A stretch of 64,000 nt of DNA from Limnothrix sp. BL-A-16 (GTDB lineage: Bacteria; Cyanobacteriota; Cyanobacteriia; CACIAM-69d). The stretch covers positions 224,001-288,000 of the forward strand of contig CP166615.1 of assembly GCA_041937175.2 (NCBI GenBank), given 5' to 3'. Position 1 is the first letter of the stretch, and each line of letters opens with the position of its first letter. The notes beneath the pieces were generated by a model, which worked only from the letters and a program-made list of their open reading frames with translations, was not told where the DNA came from and did no database searches. Both the position numbers and the translations under genes were made by a program. Below are positions 1 to 9,600 of the stretch, piece by piece.

Positions 1-833
1 TAAACGATGTGTTGTCCCTGAAGCAAGCCAACCTGGGCATTGCCATGGAAAGTGGCAGCAAAGCCACCCGCAGTGCCGCCGACATTGTGTTGCTGGGCGA
101 CTCCTTCGAGACCCTGCCCTATACCTTTTTGGAGGGGCAACGGATTGGCAACGGCATCCGCGATGTGCTGAAGCTGTTTATGGTGCGGGTGTTTTGCGTC
201 ACCCTGTTGATTCTTTGCACGGGGCAAGTGCTGGGAACCTTTCCGCTGCTGAATAAACACAGCGCCGTGGTGACGATCGTGGCGGTGGGGCTGCCCACCT
301 TTGGATTTCCCCTGTGGGCCCGGCCGGGGAAACCGCGCCAAAAGAGCGTCCTCAAGTCCATGCTGAATTTCACCTTGCCCGCGACCTTGACCCTCACCCC
401 GATCGCGGTGGCGGTTTACTTGGGCTATTTGGTCACCACCATTTGGAGCGCCACCCAAACGGGCGAGGAGTTGGTGGCCTTGAACGATGCGCTCTTGGCC
501 GTGCCCCGCAGCGCCCTGGTGACCCTGTTGGTGAGCTGCGGCCTGTTGCTCGTGCCGTTTTTGAAGCCGCCAGCGGGGCCTTGGGTGGCGGCGGAACCCC
601 TCTGTGGCGATCGTCGCTATTCCCTGTTGGCCTTGGGACTGTTGGGGGTCTATGCCGGTTTGGTGGCCCTGCCGGGAACGCGCGAGTTTTTTGAGTTGGC
701 GCTGTTGCAACCGGTGGACTATTTGCTGATTGGGGCGATCGCCCTGAGTTGGTGTTTGCTGTTGCGATATATCTGGCGATCGGGATTGTTCGATCGATTC
801 TTAGGGTTCAAACTCAGCGATTGGAATCATTAA
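1..833 (+). CDS. P-type cation-transporting ATPase, C-terminal part (starts before window)
   Basis: NDVLSLKQANLGIAMESGSKATRSAADIVLL hinge motif followed by several TM helices; frame is open at the window edge. Confidence 0.85.
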   Translation, partial: NDVLSLKQANLGIAMESGSKATRSAADIVLLGDSFETLPYTFLEGQRIGNGIRDVLKLFMVRVFCVTLLILCTGQVLGTFPLLNKHSAVVTIVAVGLPTFGFPLWARPGKPRQKSVLKSMLNFTLPATLTLTPIAVAVYLGYLVTTIWSATQTGEELVALNDALLAVPRSALVTLLVSCGLLLVPFLKPPAGPWVAAEPLCGDRRYSLLALGLLGVYAGLVALPGTREFFELALLQPVDYLLIGAIALSWCLLLRYIWRSGLFDRFLGFKLSDWNH

Positions 834-2115
834 GGGATCGTGCGGGCGATCGCTGGGCTGTTTTGCGCCAACGGATTGCCGGAATTTCAATCGCCCAGTA
901 GGTGAAGCTGGCCAGGGCGATCGATCCCAAAAACACCAACCCCAACCGTTCGCCATAGGCCACCAAGGGCGATCGGTTCGTGATCAACGGGCCGATCACC
1001 TTCAGTAAGGGATAGTGCCAAACATAAAGCCCAAAAGATAACAACCCGAGCAATTCCCAAGCCCTGAACGGATTAGCCGCCATGGCCGATCGGGAAAGGG
1101 GCCGGTTGCGTCCAGAGCTGAAATAAACCCGTCGTTCAAAGGCAAAAATAAACAGCCCCGTCGCCAACACCGTCAGCCCCGGAGCCACCAACAACACCCG
1201 ATCGCTCCCTTGATATTTCCACCAGGCGGCCAACCCATAAAGCAGCCCCATCGCCCCGATCGCCCAGCCTTTCCAGGGCAACCCCAGAATCGATCGGCTC
1301 CAAGCCAGGGTCACCCAGGGCCGAACCGGCAACCGTTGCCCTGGCTCGATCGGGTCTGTTTTGCCCTCCGCTAGGTCGATCGTTGGGAGTCGGTTTTGGT
1401 GTAGCTTTTGCATCAGCGGATTCAGCCAAAAACCCACCAGAAAGGCATCTAAATTGGCCGGCAAAAAAGTATAGATATAGCGAATAAAATAGGGATTGCC
1501 TTCCGTGCTACCCAATAATTGTTCAATTAACTCAAAAACTCCGAACCGATAGAGCATTAATCCACTGATCACCGCTGCCATGGCCACCAACAAGGACGGC
1601 CCGGTTTTCAGCCACCGCCGACTTGCCCAAAAAACGCAAGGGGCGATCGCATAAAATTGCACTTCCGTGGAAAGTGACCATAGGGGCGCATTAAACTCAA
1701 AGGGCAGAGAATGCTCATAGGTAAAAGTCAGCAACCGCAGCAAATGGCCCCAATGATTGGGTTGCCAACTGTGGGGATAAAACACCGCTGCCGATATCAA
1801 AATACAGGCATAGTAAAGCGGCAAAATTCGAGTGGCACGATTCTGAAAATATCGAATGATGCCAGGGCGATCGAGCCGATAGCGTTCGGTATAAAATCCC
1901 TTACCGATCAAATAGCCTGACAAGCAAAAAAACACCCGCACCGCCACGCCCCCCGGCGCAAACAGCACCCAACTCCAATCCTGTCCAGCCCAGACCAAGC
2001 TTTGGGCCGGCGGGCCGCAGTGGGCCACAATCACCAAACAGCAAGCCACCCCCCGCAAGGTCAGCAATGCGTCCCAACGGTTGGGCGGGCGCAAACCAGA
2101 ACCATCAGCAACCAT
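814..2115 (-). CDS. Acyltransferase-3 family membrane O-acyltransferase
   Basis: D-x-L-x-x-LRGVA, GVAVRVFFCLSGYLI, LWSLSTEVQFY, SFGLYVWHYP motifs; start may be 2115 or 2139. Confidence 0.85.
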   Translation of the reverse strand: MVADGSGLRPPNRWDALLTLRGVACCLVIVAHCGPPAQSLVWAGQDWSWVLFAPGGVAVRVFFCLSGYLIGKGFYTERYRLDRPGIIRYFQNRATRILPLYYACILISAAVFYPHSWQPNHWGHLLRLLTFTYEHSLPFEFNAPLWSLSTEVQFYAIAPCVFWASRRWLKTGPSLLVAMAAVISGLMLYRFGVFELIEQLLGSTEGNPYFIRYIYTFLPANLDAFLVGFWLNPLMQKLHQNRLPTIDLAEGKTDPIEPGQRLPVRPWVTLAWSRSILGLPWKGWAIGAMGLLYGLAAWWKYQGSDRVLLVAPGLTVLATGLFIFAFERRVYFSSGRNRPLSRSAMAANPFRAWELLGLLSFGLYVWHYPLLKVIGPLITNRSPLVAYGERLGLVFLGSIALASFTYWAIEIPAIRWRKTAQRSPARSLNDSNR

Positions 2116-2231
2116 GGCCAAGTGCCGCCAGCAAAACACTACGGTAAAGTAACACTACGGTTCACCGCTGCTCGCCCGTCGCGCTCTGTTCAGTCTCCTT
2201 TTCATTCAGTTTTTCCGGGGACAATTCACCC

Positions 2232-3650
2232 ATGCCTGCCCGTTGCGTTCCTTCCCGTGCTGAATTTTCCCTGAATGGACTGCTGCGATCGCTGCGGTGG
2301 GCAATGTCAGCGGGGGCGATCGCCCTGGTTTTGACCAGCGCTGGGGAAGTGGCTCGCGCCCAGTTACCGTTTCTGGATAACCTGCCGATTTTTGATATCT
2401 TTTCCCGGCCGGTCAAGGATGAATTTCCGCCCAGTCCGCTGGAACTGTTAGAGGCGGATCCGCTGCTGCCGGAGTTTCCGATGCAGCGGGAACTGTCGCC
2501 CACGGAGCGCGATCGGCTGCGTTTGGCCCTCGATGAATTGAACCTGCAAGCGGCGGCCACCCTGCGGGCCGGCAAAACCCTAGAGGCCTTCGCCCTTTGG
2601 AATCGAGAATTGCGATTGCGGCGGTTTTTGGGAGTGTTTGAAGAATTGCCGGCCCTGGGGCGGGTGGGCGAGCTGGCTTGGCGGGAAGGGGCCGTGGAAG
2701 AAACAAGGGTGGTGACCGATCGCATCAAGGCGATCCAAGCGGGGCAAACGGGCCCCAAACCGGTTTTGCCCGACGAACAACCGTTGCCCATCCCTGAAGA
2801 TCCGGCGCTGCTGGAGGCCCTGGGCTTGGCCTATTACCAAGTGCGTGCGCCCAAGTTGGCCTTGGCGGTGTTGGAACCGCGCCTGTTGATGGCCAGAACG
2901 GCCGATGATTCTACGGAAATTGAAAAATATCTGGTGGCGATCGGTCAATTGCGGGCCAGCCTGTTTGAGGATGCGGCCGCTGTGGATGCCTACCGGGAAC
3001 TGCTGGCGATCGAGCGGGCCAAAATTGCCGCCGGTCGTTGGGTGGTGGTGCCCGTGCCGCCGGGCACAGAACCCACGATTCCGCTCCATCGCCAGGCCGA
3101 GGTGCGCTATGCGCGGGAATTGGTGATGTTGCTGAATCGATCGCGCCAGTGGGATGAGGCGATCGCCGCCCAGCGCGATTTGTTGGGGGTCTATCAAGAA
3201 TTGGGGATTGTGCGGCTAATTCCGCCCTTGATGAGCGAGTTGGCCGCCAATTTTGACCGGGCCGATCGGGTGGAAGAAGCGGTGTTGCAATATCGCGAAA
3301 CGGCCGCCGCTGCCCGCTCCATCAAGCAGTTGGGCATTGCCCGAGAAGCGCTCGATCGCCTGGCCACTCTCTATCGCAGCCGCCCCGCCTTTGCCGACAA
3401 GCCCGATCTGCTGGCCAGTCTTTACATCAGCCTGTTGGAGCTGGCCCGCGAGGCGGCGGACGGCTACGGGATGATGGACACCTATGAAAAATTGGGTGAT
3501 TTGTTTGTGAGTTTGAACCAGCGCGATCGGGCCCGCATTGCCTACGAACAGGCGGCGATTTTGGCGAAGCAGTTGCAACACCGCGAAAGTTATTTCGCCC
3601 GCAAGCTCCAAGACCTGGGCCCCGCCCCCGCCCCCTTCAACCAACCGTAA
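2232..3650 (+). CDS. TPR-like helical repeat protein with N-terminal signal/TM segment
   Basis: 472-aa ORF, hydrophobic N-terminus, TPR-like helices; start uncertain. Confidence 0.7.
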   Translation: MPARCVPSRAEFSLNGLLRSLRWAMSAGAIALVLTSAGEVARAQLPFLDNLPIFDIFSRPVKDEFPPSPLELLEADPLLPEFPMQRELSPTERDRLRLALDELNLQAAATLRAGKTLEAFALWNRELRLRRFLGVFEELPALGRVGELAWREGAVEETRVVTDRIKAIQAGQTGPKPVLPDEQPLPIPEDPALLEALGLAYYQVRAPKLALAVLEPRLLMARTADDSTEIEKYLVAIGQLRASLFEDAAAVDAYRELLAIERAKIAAGRWVVVPVPPGTEPTIPLHRQAEVRYARELVMLLNRSRQWDEAIAAQRDLLGVYQELGIVRLIPPLMSELAANFDRADRVEEAVLQYRETAAAARSIKQLGIAREALDRLATLYRSRPAFADKPDLLASLYISLLELAREAADGYGMMDTYEKLGDLFVSLNQRDRARIAYEQAAILAKQLQHRESYFARKLQDLGPAPAPFNQP

Positions 3651-3739
3651 TGGCTGGGTTTCCTAGGTTGCACTTGAAAGTTTCCAATCCCATAAATTTG
3701 CGAATTTTTGAAGGCATTGAGCACAGAAAACTCTCCTCA

Positions 3740-3870
3740 GAGGATGTCTGAGAAATATCTTTTAGTATGGGCTAAGGATCAATGACCGTGGGGACAAGGG
3801 GCTTAAGCCCCTTGTCTACGTCGATCCCTGGGGCGTACAGAGTAGCAATTTTGGCTTTTTAGACATCCTC
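3740..3870. mobile_element. MITE family A (131 bp)
   Basis: Ends GAGGATGTCT...AGACATCCTC, TCA direct repeat at 3737-3739 and 3871-3873, internal 24-bp palindrome 3793-3816; related 131-bp copy at 48137-48267. Confidence 0.85.
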
Positions 3871-3889
3871 TCAGAAGTGCTAGACCTCC

Positions 3890-4972
3890 ATGCCAACCAG
3901 TTCCCAGCCAACTGATGATGCCGAGCAAACCCAAGCTGTCAGTTTTCCGCCGCTCACGGAAATTACGTTTGAGGAAGGCTATCTCGAAGCCGAGGAAATC
4001 CCATTTGCAGAATTGGCCCAACAGCAAGCTCAGAGCGAGGAACTATCAAGCCCAAAACCTCCCCAGATTCAGACCCTGCCTCTGGAGCCATTTACCTTTG
4101 AAACCGCTGCCCGATCGCCTGATCTGGAAATCCAGCGTTCTACAGGGAAAGCCCAGCAGTTCATTGAGCAATTGCCCAATGGGTTGACCCTAGCGATGGT
4201 GTTGATTCCCAGCGGCACGTTTCTGATGGGAGCACCTGAAGCAGAACCCCAATCTCGCGATAGCGAGCGCCCCCAGCATCTGGTGACAGTCCCTGAGTTT
4301 TTGATGGGGAGATATCCAATGACCCAAGCTCAATGGTGGGCGATCGCCGAGTTGCCCAAGGTCAACATTGACCTCAACCCCAATCCCGCAAAGTTCACAG
4401 AACATGACCGGGGCGATCGGGCTGAAAACCGCCCGGTGGAATGTGTCACTTGGCACGAAGCGATCGAAGCTTGCGATCGGCTCTCCCATGCCACTGGCCG
4501 CCCCTATGGTTTGCCCAGCGAAGCCCAGTGGGAATACGCTTGCCGTGCTGGAGCCACCAAGCCCACACCTTTTTGCTTTGGTGAACCAATCACGCCCGAG
4601 CTGGCGAACTACGACGGCAACTACACCTACGCCAACGGCCCCAAGGGAGCCTCTCGCCAGCGCACCACCGCCGTTGGCAGCTTTCCAGCCAATGCCTGGG
4701 GCCTGCATGATATGCACGGCAATGTTTGGGAATGGTGCGCTGATCTTTGGCACTCCAATTATCAGGGTGCGCCCACCGATGGCAGCGCCTGGACATCAGA
4801 TTCGACAAAAGATTCGCGGCCTTTGCGAGGCGGTTCCTGGAGCAGCAATCCCAGCAATTGTCGCTCTGCGGTTCGTGTCAAAAATTCACCGGACAGCCGC
4901 TTTAACTATGTCGGTTTTCGAGTTTGTTGTGCCGTTGCGCAGGCTCCCGAAGTGGGCTTGGTTGAAGAGTGA
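3890..4972 (+). CDS. FGE-sulfatase (SUMF1/CLec-fold) domain protein 1
   Basis: IPSGTFLMG, LPSEAQWEYACRAG, NAWGLHDMHGNVWEW, RGGSW...GFRVCC motifs; acidic N-terminal linker. Confidence 0.9.
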   Translation: MPTSSQPTDDAEQTQAVSFPPLTEITFEEGYLEAEEIPFAELAQQQAQSEELSSPKPPQIQTLPLEPFTFETAARSPDLEIQRSTGKAQQFIEQLPNGLTLAMVLIPSGTFLMGAPEAEPQSRDSERPQHLVTVPEFLMGRYPMTQAQWWAIAELPKVNIDLNPNPAKFTEHDRGDRAENRPVECVTWHEAIEACDRLSHATGRPYGLPSEAQWEYACRAGATKPTPFCFGEPITPELANYDGNYTYANGPKGASRQRTTAVGSFPANAWGLHDMHGNVWEWCADLWHSNYQGAPTDGSAWTSDSTKDSRPLRGGSWSSNPSNCRSAVRVKNSPDSRFNYVGFRVCCAVAQAPEVGLVEE

Positions 4973-5123
4973 TATAGGTATCTGGGAGCACGATCGGGAG
5001 GTAAGACCAATCTCCATATTCAACGACGATGATCGACTGGGTAGCCGCAATCCACGAATCATTGCGACTCGTTTTCCAAGCTTCCATCATCCCAAAAAGT
5101 GCAAGAGATCTTAATTTGTTGCC

Positions 5124-6032
5124 ATGTCCAGTGTTGCTAACCCTGCCGTGCGATTTGTGTTGCGCTACCGTTCGCGCAATGCCTTGCAATATGTCGAAGA
5201 CTTAGGTAACGGCATCACCCTGGAAATGCTAAAAATTCCCGGTGGCACATTTCTGATGGGATCGCCTGCTCATGAGCTAGGGCGTTATGAGGATGTGGGA
5301 GAAGAGCTGCACGCCGTCACCGTACCGGATTTTTTCCTAGGTAAATATCCAATCACCCAAGCCCAATGGCGAGCGATTTGTGCGCTGCCACCCGCTAATG
5401 CTGACTTAGTGCTGAATCCCAATCCCGCACAGTGTCTCAACGACTTTCAGGATGGAGAAACGGTGATTAGTACCGATCAGCGCCCCGTAGAGTACGTTAG
5501 TTGGCACGAAGCTACCGAAGCTTGCGCTCGCCTGGCCCAAGCCACTGGCCGCCCCTATTGTTTGCCCAGCGAAGCCCAGTGGGAATATGCCTGTCGTGCT
5601 GGGACAACCACGCCCTTTCACTTTGGCGAAACCCTCACTAGTGAAGTGGCGAATTACGATGCGGTGAGTTACGTTGAGTACGATGCCTACAGCCTTGGCT
5701 CCCAAGGAGAATATCGGCAAGAGACTACTCCGGTTGGCTACTTTCCGCCCAATGCTTGGGGCCTGCATGATATGCACGGCAATGTCTGGGAATGGTGCGC
5801 TGATCTTTGGCACTCTCACTATCAAGGTGCGCCCACCGATGGCAGCGCTTGGATCGTAGACGCGGAAAGCGATGCACGGCTTTTGCGGGGCGGTTCATGG
5901 TACTACAGCCCTGAGAATTGTCGCTCTGCGGTTCGTAGCTACTTTTCGCCGGAGAGCCTCAGTGCTGTTGTCGGTTTTCGAGTTTGTTGTGCCGTTGTGC
6001 GGACTCGCGAAGTGGGCTTGGTTGAAGAGTGA
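5124..6032 (+). CDS. FGE-sulfatase (SUMF1/CLec-fold) domain protein 2
   Basis: Same motifs; 3' part near-identical in DNA to 3890..4972 at offset 1060. Confidence 0.9.
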   Translation: MSSVANPAVRFVLRYRSRNALQYVEDLGNGITLEMLKIPGGTFLMGSPAHELGRYEDVGEELHAVTVPDFFLGKYPITQAQWRAICALPPANADLVLNPNPAQCLNDFQDGETVISTDQRPVEYVSWHEATEACARLAQATGRPYCLPSEAQWEYACRAGTTTPFHFGETLTSEVANYDAVSYVEYDAYSLGSQGEYRQETTPVGYFPPNAWGLHDMHGNVWEWCADLWHSHYQGAPTDGSAWIVDAESDARLLRGGSWYYSPENCRSAVRSYFSPESLSAVVGFRVCCAVVRTREVGLVEE

Positions 6033-6040
6033 TGTAGGCT

Positions 6041-6093
6041 TGCATGGGAGCATGATCGGGAGGAAATCACCATCTCCATTCATCTCCCATGCA
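6041..6093. other. Hairpin downstream of second FGE gene
   Basis: TGCATGGGAG (6041-6050) is the reverse complement of CTCCCATGCA (6084-6093). Confidence 0.5.
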
Positions 6094-6162
6094 CCGCTAC
6101 TAACGTTGGTTTAAGTTGCTCAAACCTAGTACTGAGAAGAGAAGCGGCTCTAAGGCTCAAGA

Positions 6163-6558
6163 CTATTTTGGCGGCGGGGTTGGTTTATCGGGAAATTTGC
6201 ATTTCACTTCGATGCCAAAGTCGTAGTCCATGGAGCCGCGCACCAAAAAGGGAATCCCACTTTGTCCACCGATTTTGACGTTGAATTTCACGGTCATTTC
6301 TTCAACGTTGGCAGTAGAAAATTGCCGAAAAGCGCCGATGCAAAATAGGGCATAGCCGCGCAGTTGCTTATGGGCTTCCTTGAGCTTGGCTTCCACGAAG
6401 GAGGGATTATCATCATCGCCACCCCGCCTTCCCCTGCCATCTTCTGAGCGATTTGAGCGATCGGGAACTGTGGATTCCCCATCGGCTGACGCGAACAAGA
6501 TAGTGTATTCTTCTCCAGTTTCAGGATCTTTGAAAAACAATGACTCAGGCACGGACAT
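6163..6558 (-). CDS. Trypco1 / CU044_2847-like peptidase co-occurring small protein
   Basis: Helix then VEEMTVKFNVKIGGQSGIPFLVRGSMDYDFGIEVKCKF pattern; likely start MSVPES at 6558. Confidence 0.7.
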   Translation of the reverse strand: MSVPESLFFKDPETGEEYTILFASADGESTVPDRSNRSEDGRGRRGGDDDNPSFVEAKLKEAHKQLRGYALFCIGAFRQFSTANVEEMTVKFNVKIGGQSGIPFLVRGSMDYDFGIEVKCKFPDKPTPPPK

Positions 6559-6626
6559 AGCCAACCTCGCAGACTTAAGAAATATCGGATATCTTAGGTA
6601 AAGTTTACCGTAACCCAAATTAGTCC

Positions 6627-9600
6627 ATGCCTAAGAAAGCCCTAGTCATTGGAATTTCACAGTTTGATGATGTGGGCTTCCGATCATTAACCTGCGATCG
6701 CGATCTAGATCGAATTAGCGCATGGTTTAAGACACAGAATTATGATGTCAAAATCGCTCCCGAACTTTATAGCCAAGAAACACAAGAAATCTATCCCGAC
6801 CCAAAAGGGAAGCTTAATTACAATAACCTTAGAAATGAGCTAAAAAGATTCTTAACAGAAACAGTTAGGGGCTGTGAGTTGGCAGTGGTTTACATTGCCA
6901 GTCATGGTTGCTTGAAAACAGATGATAATGATGAGCCAGTGGCTTGTCTGGTGGCATCTGACACACCCAAGAAAAAGGAAGATAAAAATAAGACTTATCT
7001 GTTGGCAAGCTTGGCCAAGCTATTCGAGACTGCTGATGTTAATAATTTAGTGGGGATTTTTGATTTTTGCCATGCAGGGGCGATCACTGATCTAATTGAA
7101 GAAGTTGAAGCATCTTTTAAAAGACAAAAAAATTATGTTTTATTGGCGGCCTGTCACGCCAGCGAATCGGCATTTGACACCCAAGAAGGCGGTGTTTTCA
7201 CAACAGTATTATTAGAAGGACTGTCTCCTCAAAATGTAGACGAAAAGGGACGAATAACTGCGGCAAAATTATGTGATTTTGTACGAACGCGCCTAGGGAA
7301 TAGCGGTCAAACGGCCCGATGTCTTCCGGGGAAAGAGCTTTTAGCGATCGGGCAGTACGATCGCGCTGAAATCGAGACGGCGCAGGCGGCCACGGTTGAT
7401 CCGAAGCCGGAGCGGGGGCTGGAGCTGCCTGTGGGGTTTCGGCGGGTGGCGGAGTTGGTGGCGAAGGCAGAGTCGATTCAGCCGAGCCAAACCCAGTTTT
7501 ATCAGGCGACGGCTCCCCACTGGAGCGACATCAAGGCGAACTGTGATGCGCCGCGTGATTTGTATGCCGAGGTGAAGCAGTTTGTAATTGATCGACTCGA
7601 TCCAAAGTATTGGGCGATCGACCCGTTGGATGACACGTTTCGGCTGCCCCCTGTGCCCTTGGGGGTGATTGTGGGGCGGGGTGGCGAGGGCAAGAGCACC
7701 CTGTTGATGCGGGTGGCGGCGGATTTGGCGGCGGCGGGCTATGAAGTTTGGTGGCGGGAGGAGCGGCTGTCGGGGCTGAATGTGACGGCGTTGGCGACAA
7801 TGCCGCAGCCTGATCGGCCGGTGTTGGTTTGTGTGGATGAGTTGTTGTCTGGGGATGAGGAGGAGTTGCTGGGGGGTTTGATGCAGCTCTACCGGCAGAG
7901 CACGCCGTTGGTGTTGCTGGGAACGGTGCGGCAAGAGTTGTGGCGAGGGCAAATTGAGGAGCGGGCGGGGGGCGAAACCGAGATCGCTGCCTTTAAGTTT
8001 GGGGCGCTTGGCCCGTCGGAGCTAGAGGCGATCGTGGCCAAGCTGGAGGCGGCGAACAAGCTGGGGGAGTTGGCCAAGCTGGAGCCGGCCGAACGGGTGC
8101 AGCATCTGTTGACCAAGGCGGATGGTCAGTTGCTGATCTTGTTGTGTGAAGTTTGCGATCGAGAAGGTGTGAAAGCGCTGGTGCAGCGGAATTTGGATGC
8201 GCTGAAAAGCCAAAACCCCAATGGTGAGCTGGTGGTCGAAGCCTGCCAATATGTGGCGCTATTGCATAGTTTTGGCTTGGAAATGCCGCACACCCATTTG
8301 GGAAAGTTGTTGAATTTCAAAACAGATTTTGAACATATCAAGAAAGTTTTGAAGAGAACTCAGGGATTTTTAGAAGTTAGACGCACGTCAGAGGTTGATT
8401 GGTTTCAGACTCGTCATGCTTATGTAGCTGACATTATGGTTGAAGCTATGGTTAAGTCTCTAGAAGAAGATATTTATGATCGAATTTCGTCGTTTTTAAC
8501 GAATGCCATTAATGAATTTCAAGGTGAGCTGGTTCAGCCCTTTCTGAAAGTTCTAACCAGTCAGTGGCAGCTACTTCAGTTAGATATTGAATTGCTGAGG
8601 CGAGTCTTCGGGAGTTTAAATAAATCTTCGACAGTTCAGAAGGTGATTCTCAGTATTTGGGCAAATTTAGAAGCTTCTCTCAGCAATATCGAAGGAGCAA
8701 GAGATCTTTTCCGACAAGCTGTAGAGGCCGATCTAGACGATCCTAGATCGCTACAGATGTGGGCGGATTTTGAAGCAAGGCAGAATGAGCTAGAACAAGC
8801 CAGAAAACTGCTAGAGCAAGCTGTTGCACTCAATCATCAATATCGATTTGCTTGGACTAGTTTGTTAAAGCTTGAAAGACGCTGTAACAATCTGGAGCGA
8901 GCGCGGGAGATATTCCAATTGCTGTGGGAGCAGCAACCGGAAAACATCAGCCATCTAATTGACTGGATTGATTTTGAAACGCAACAGCGTAATTGGGATG
9001 ATGTTCGAGAACTATTAGAGCGAGCAACTAGCTTGCCAGGGATTCATGTTGGTCTATTTCATCGATGGATCAGGCTAGAAAAGCAGCAAGGAAATTATGC
9101 AAAAGCCTTAGCTATCTGTGAACGAGCTTTAGAGCAACATGCTGGCAATATCAGTTTGTTGCTTGCAGAAGCTATTTTGCATAGGCAAAGCGGCAACCCC
9201 GATCGCGCGAGAGAACTGTTCGAGCGAGCGAGCCAAGCCAATCCAAGCGATGCACCCGTTTGGCAAGCCTGGGCGTTGTTTGAGAAAGAGCAGCGCAACC
9301 CCGATCGTGCGAGAGAACTGTTCGAGCGAGCGAGCCAAGCCGACCCCAGTAATGCACCCGTTTGGCAAGCCTGGGCGTTGTTTGAGAAAGAGCAGCGCAA
9401 CCCCGATCGCGCGAGAGAACTGTTCGAGCGAGCCAGCCAAGCCGACCCCAGTCATGCACCCGTTTGGCAAGCCTGGGCGTTGTTTGAGAAAGAGCAGCGC
9501 AACCCCGATCGCGCGAGAGAACTGTTCGAGCGAGCCAGCCAAGCCGACCCCAGTCATGCACCCGTTTGGCAAGCCTGGGCGTTGTTTGAGAAAGAGCAGC

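Noticed and set aside
3890..6032. Complete DGR cassette
   Set aside because: No reverse transcriptase, accessory gene or AAC-rich template repeat seen in the window
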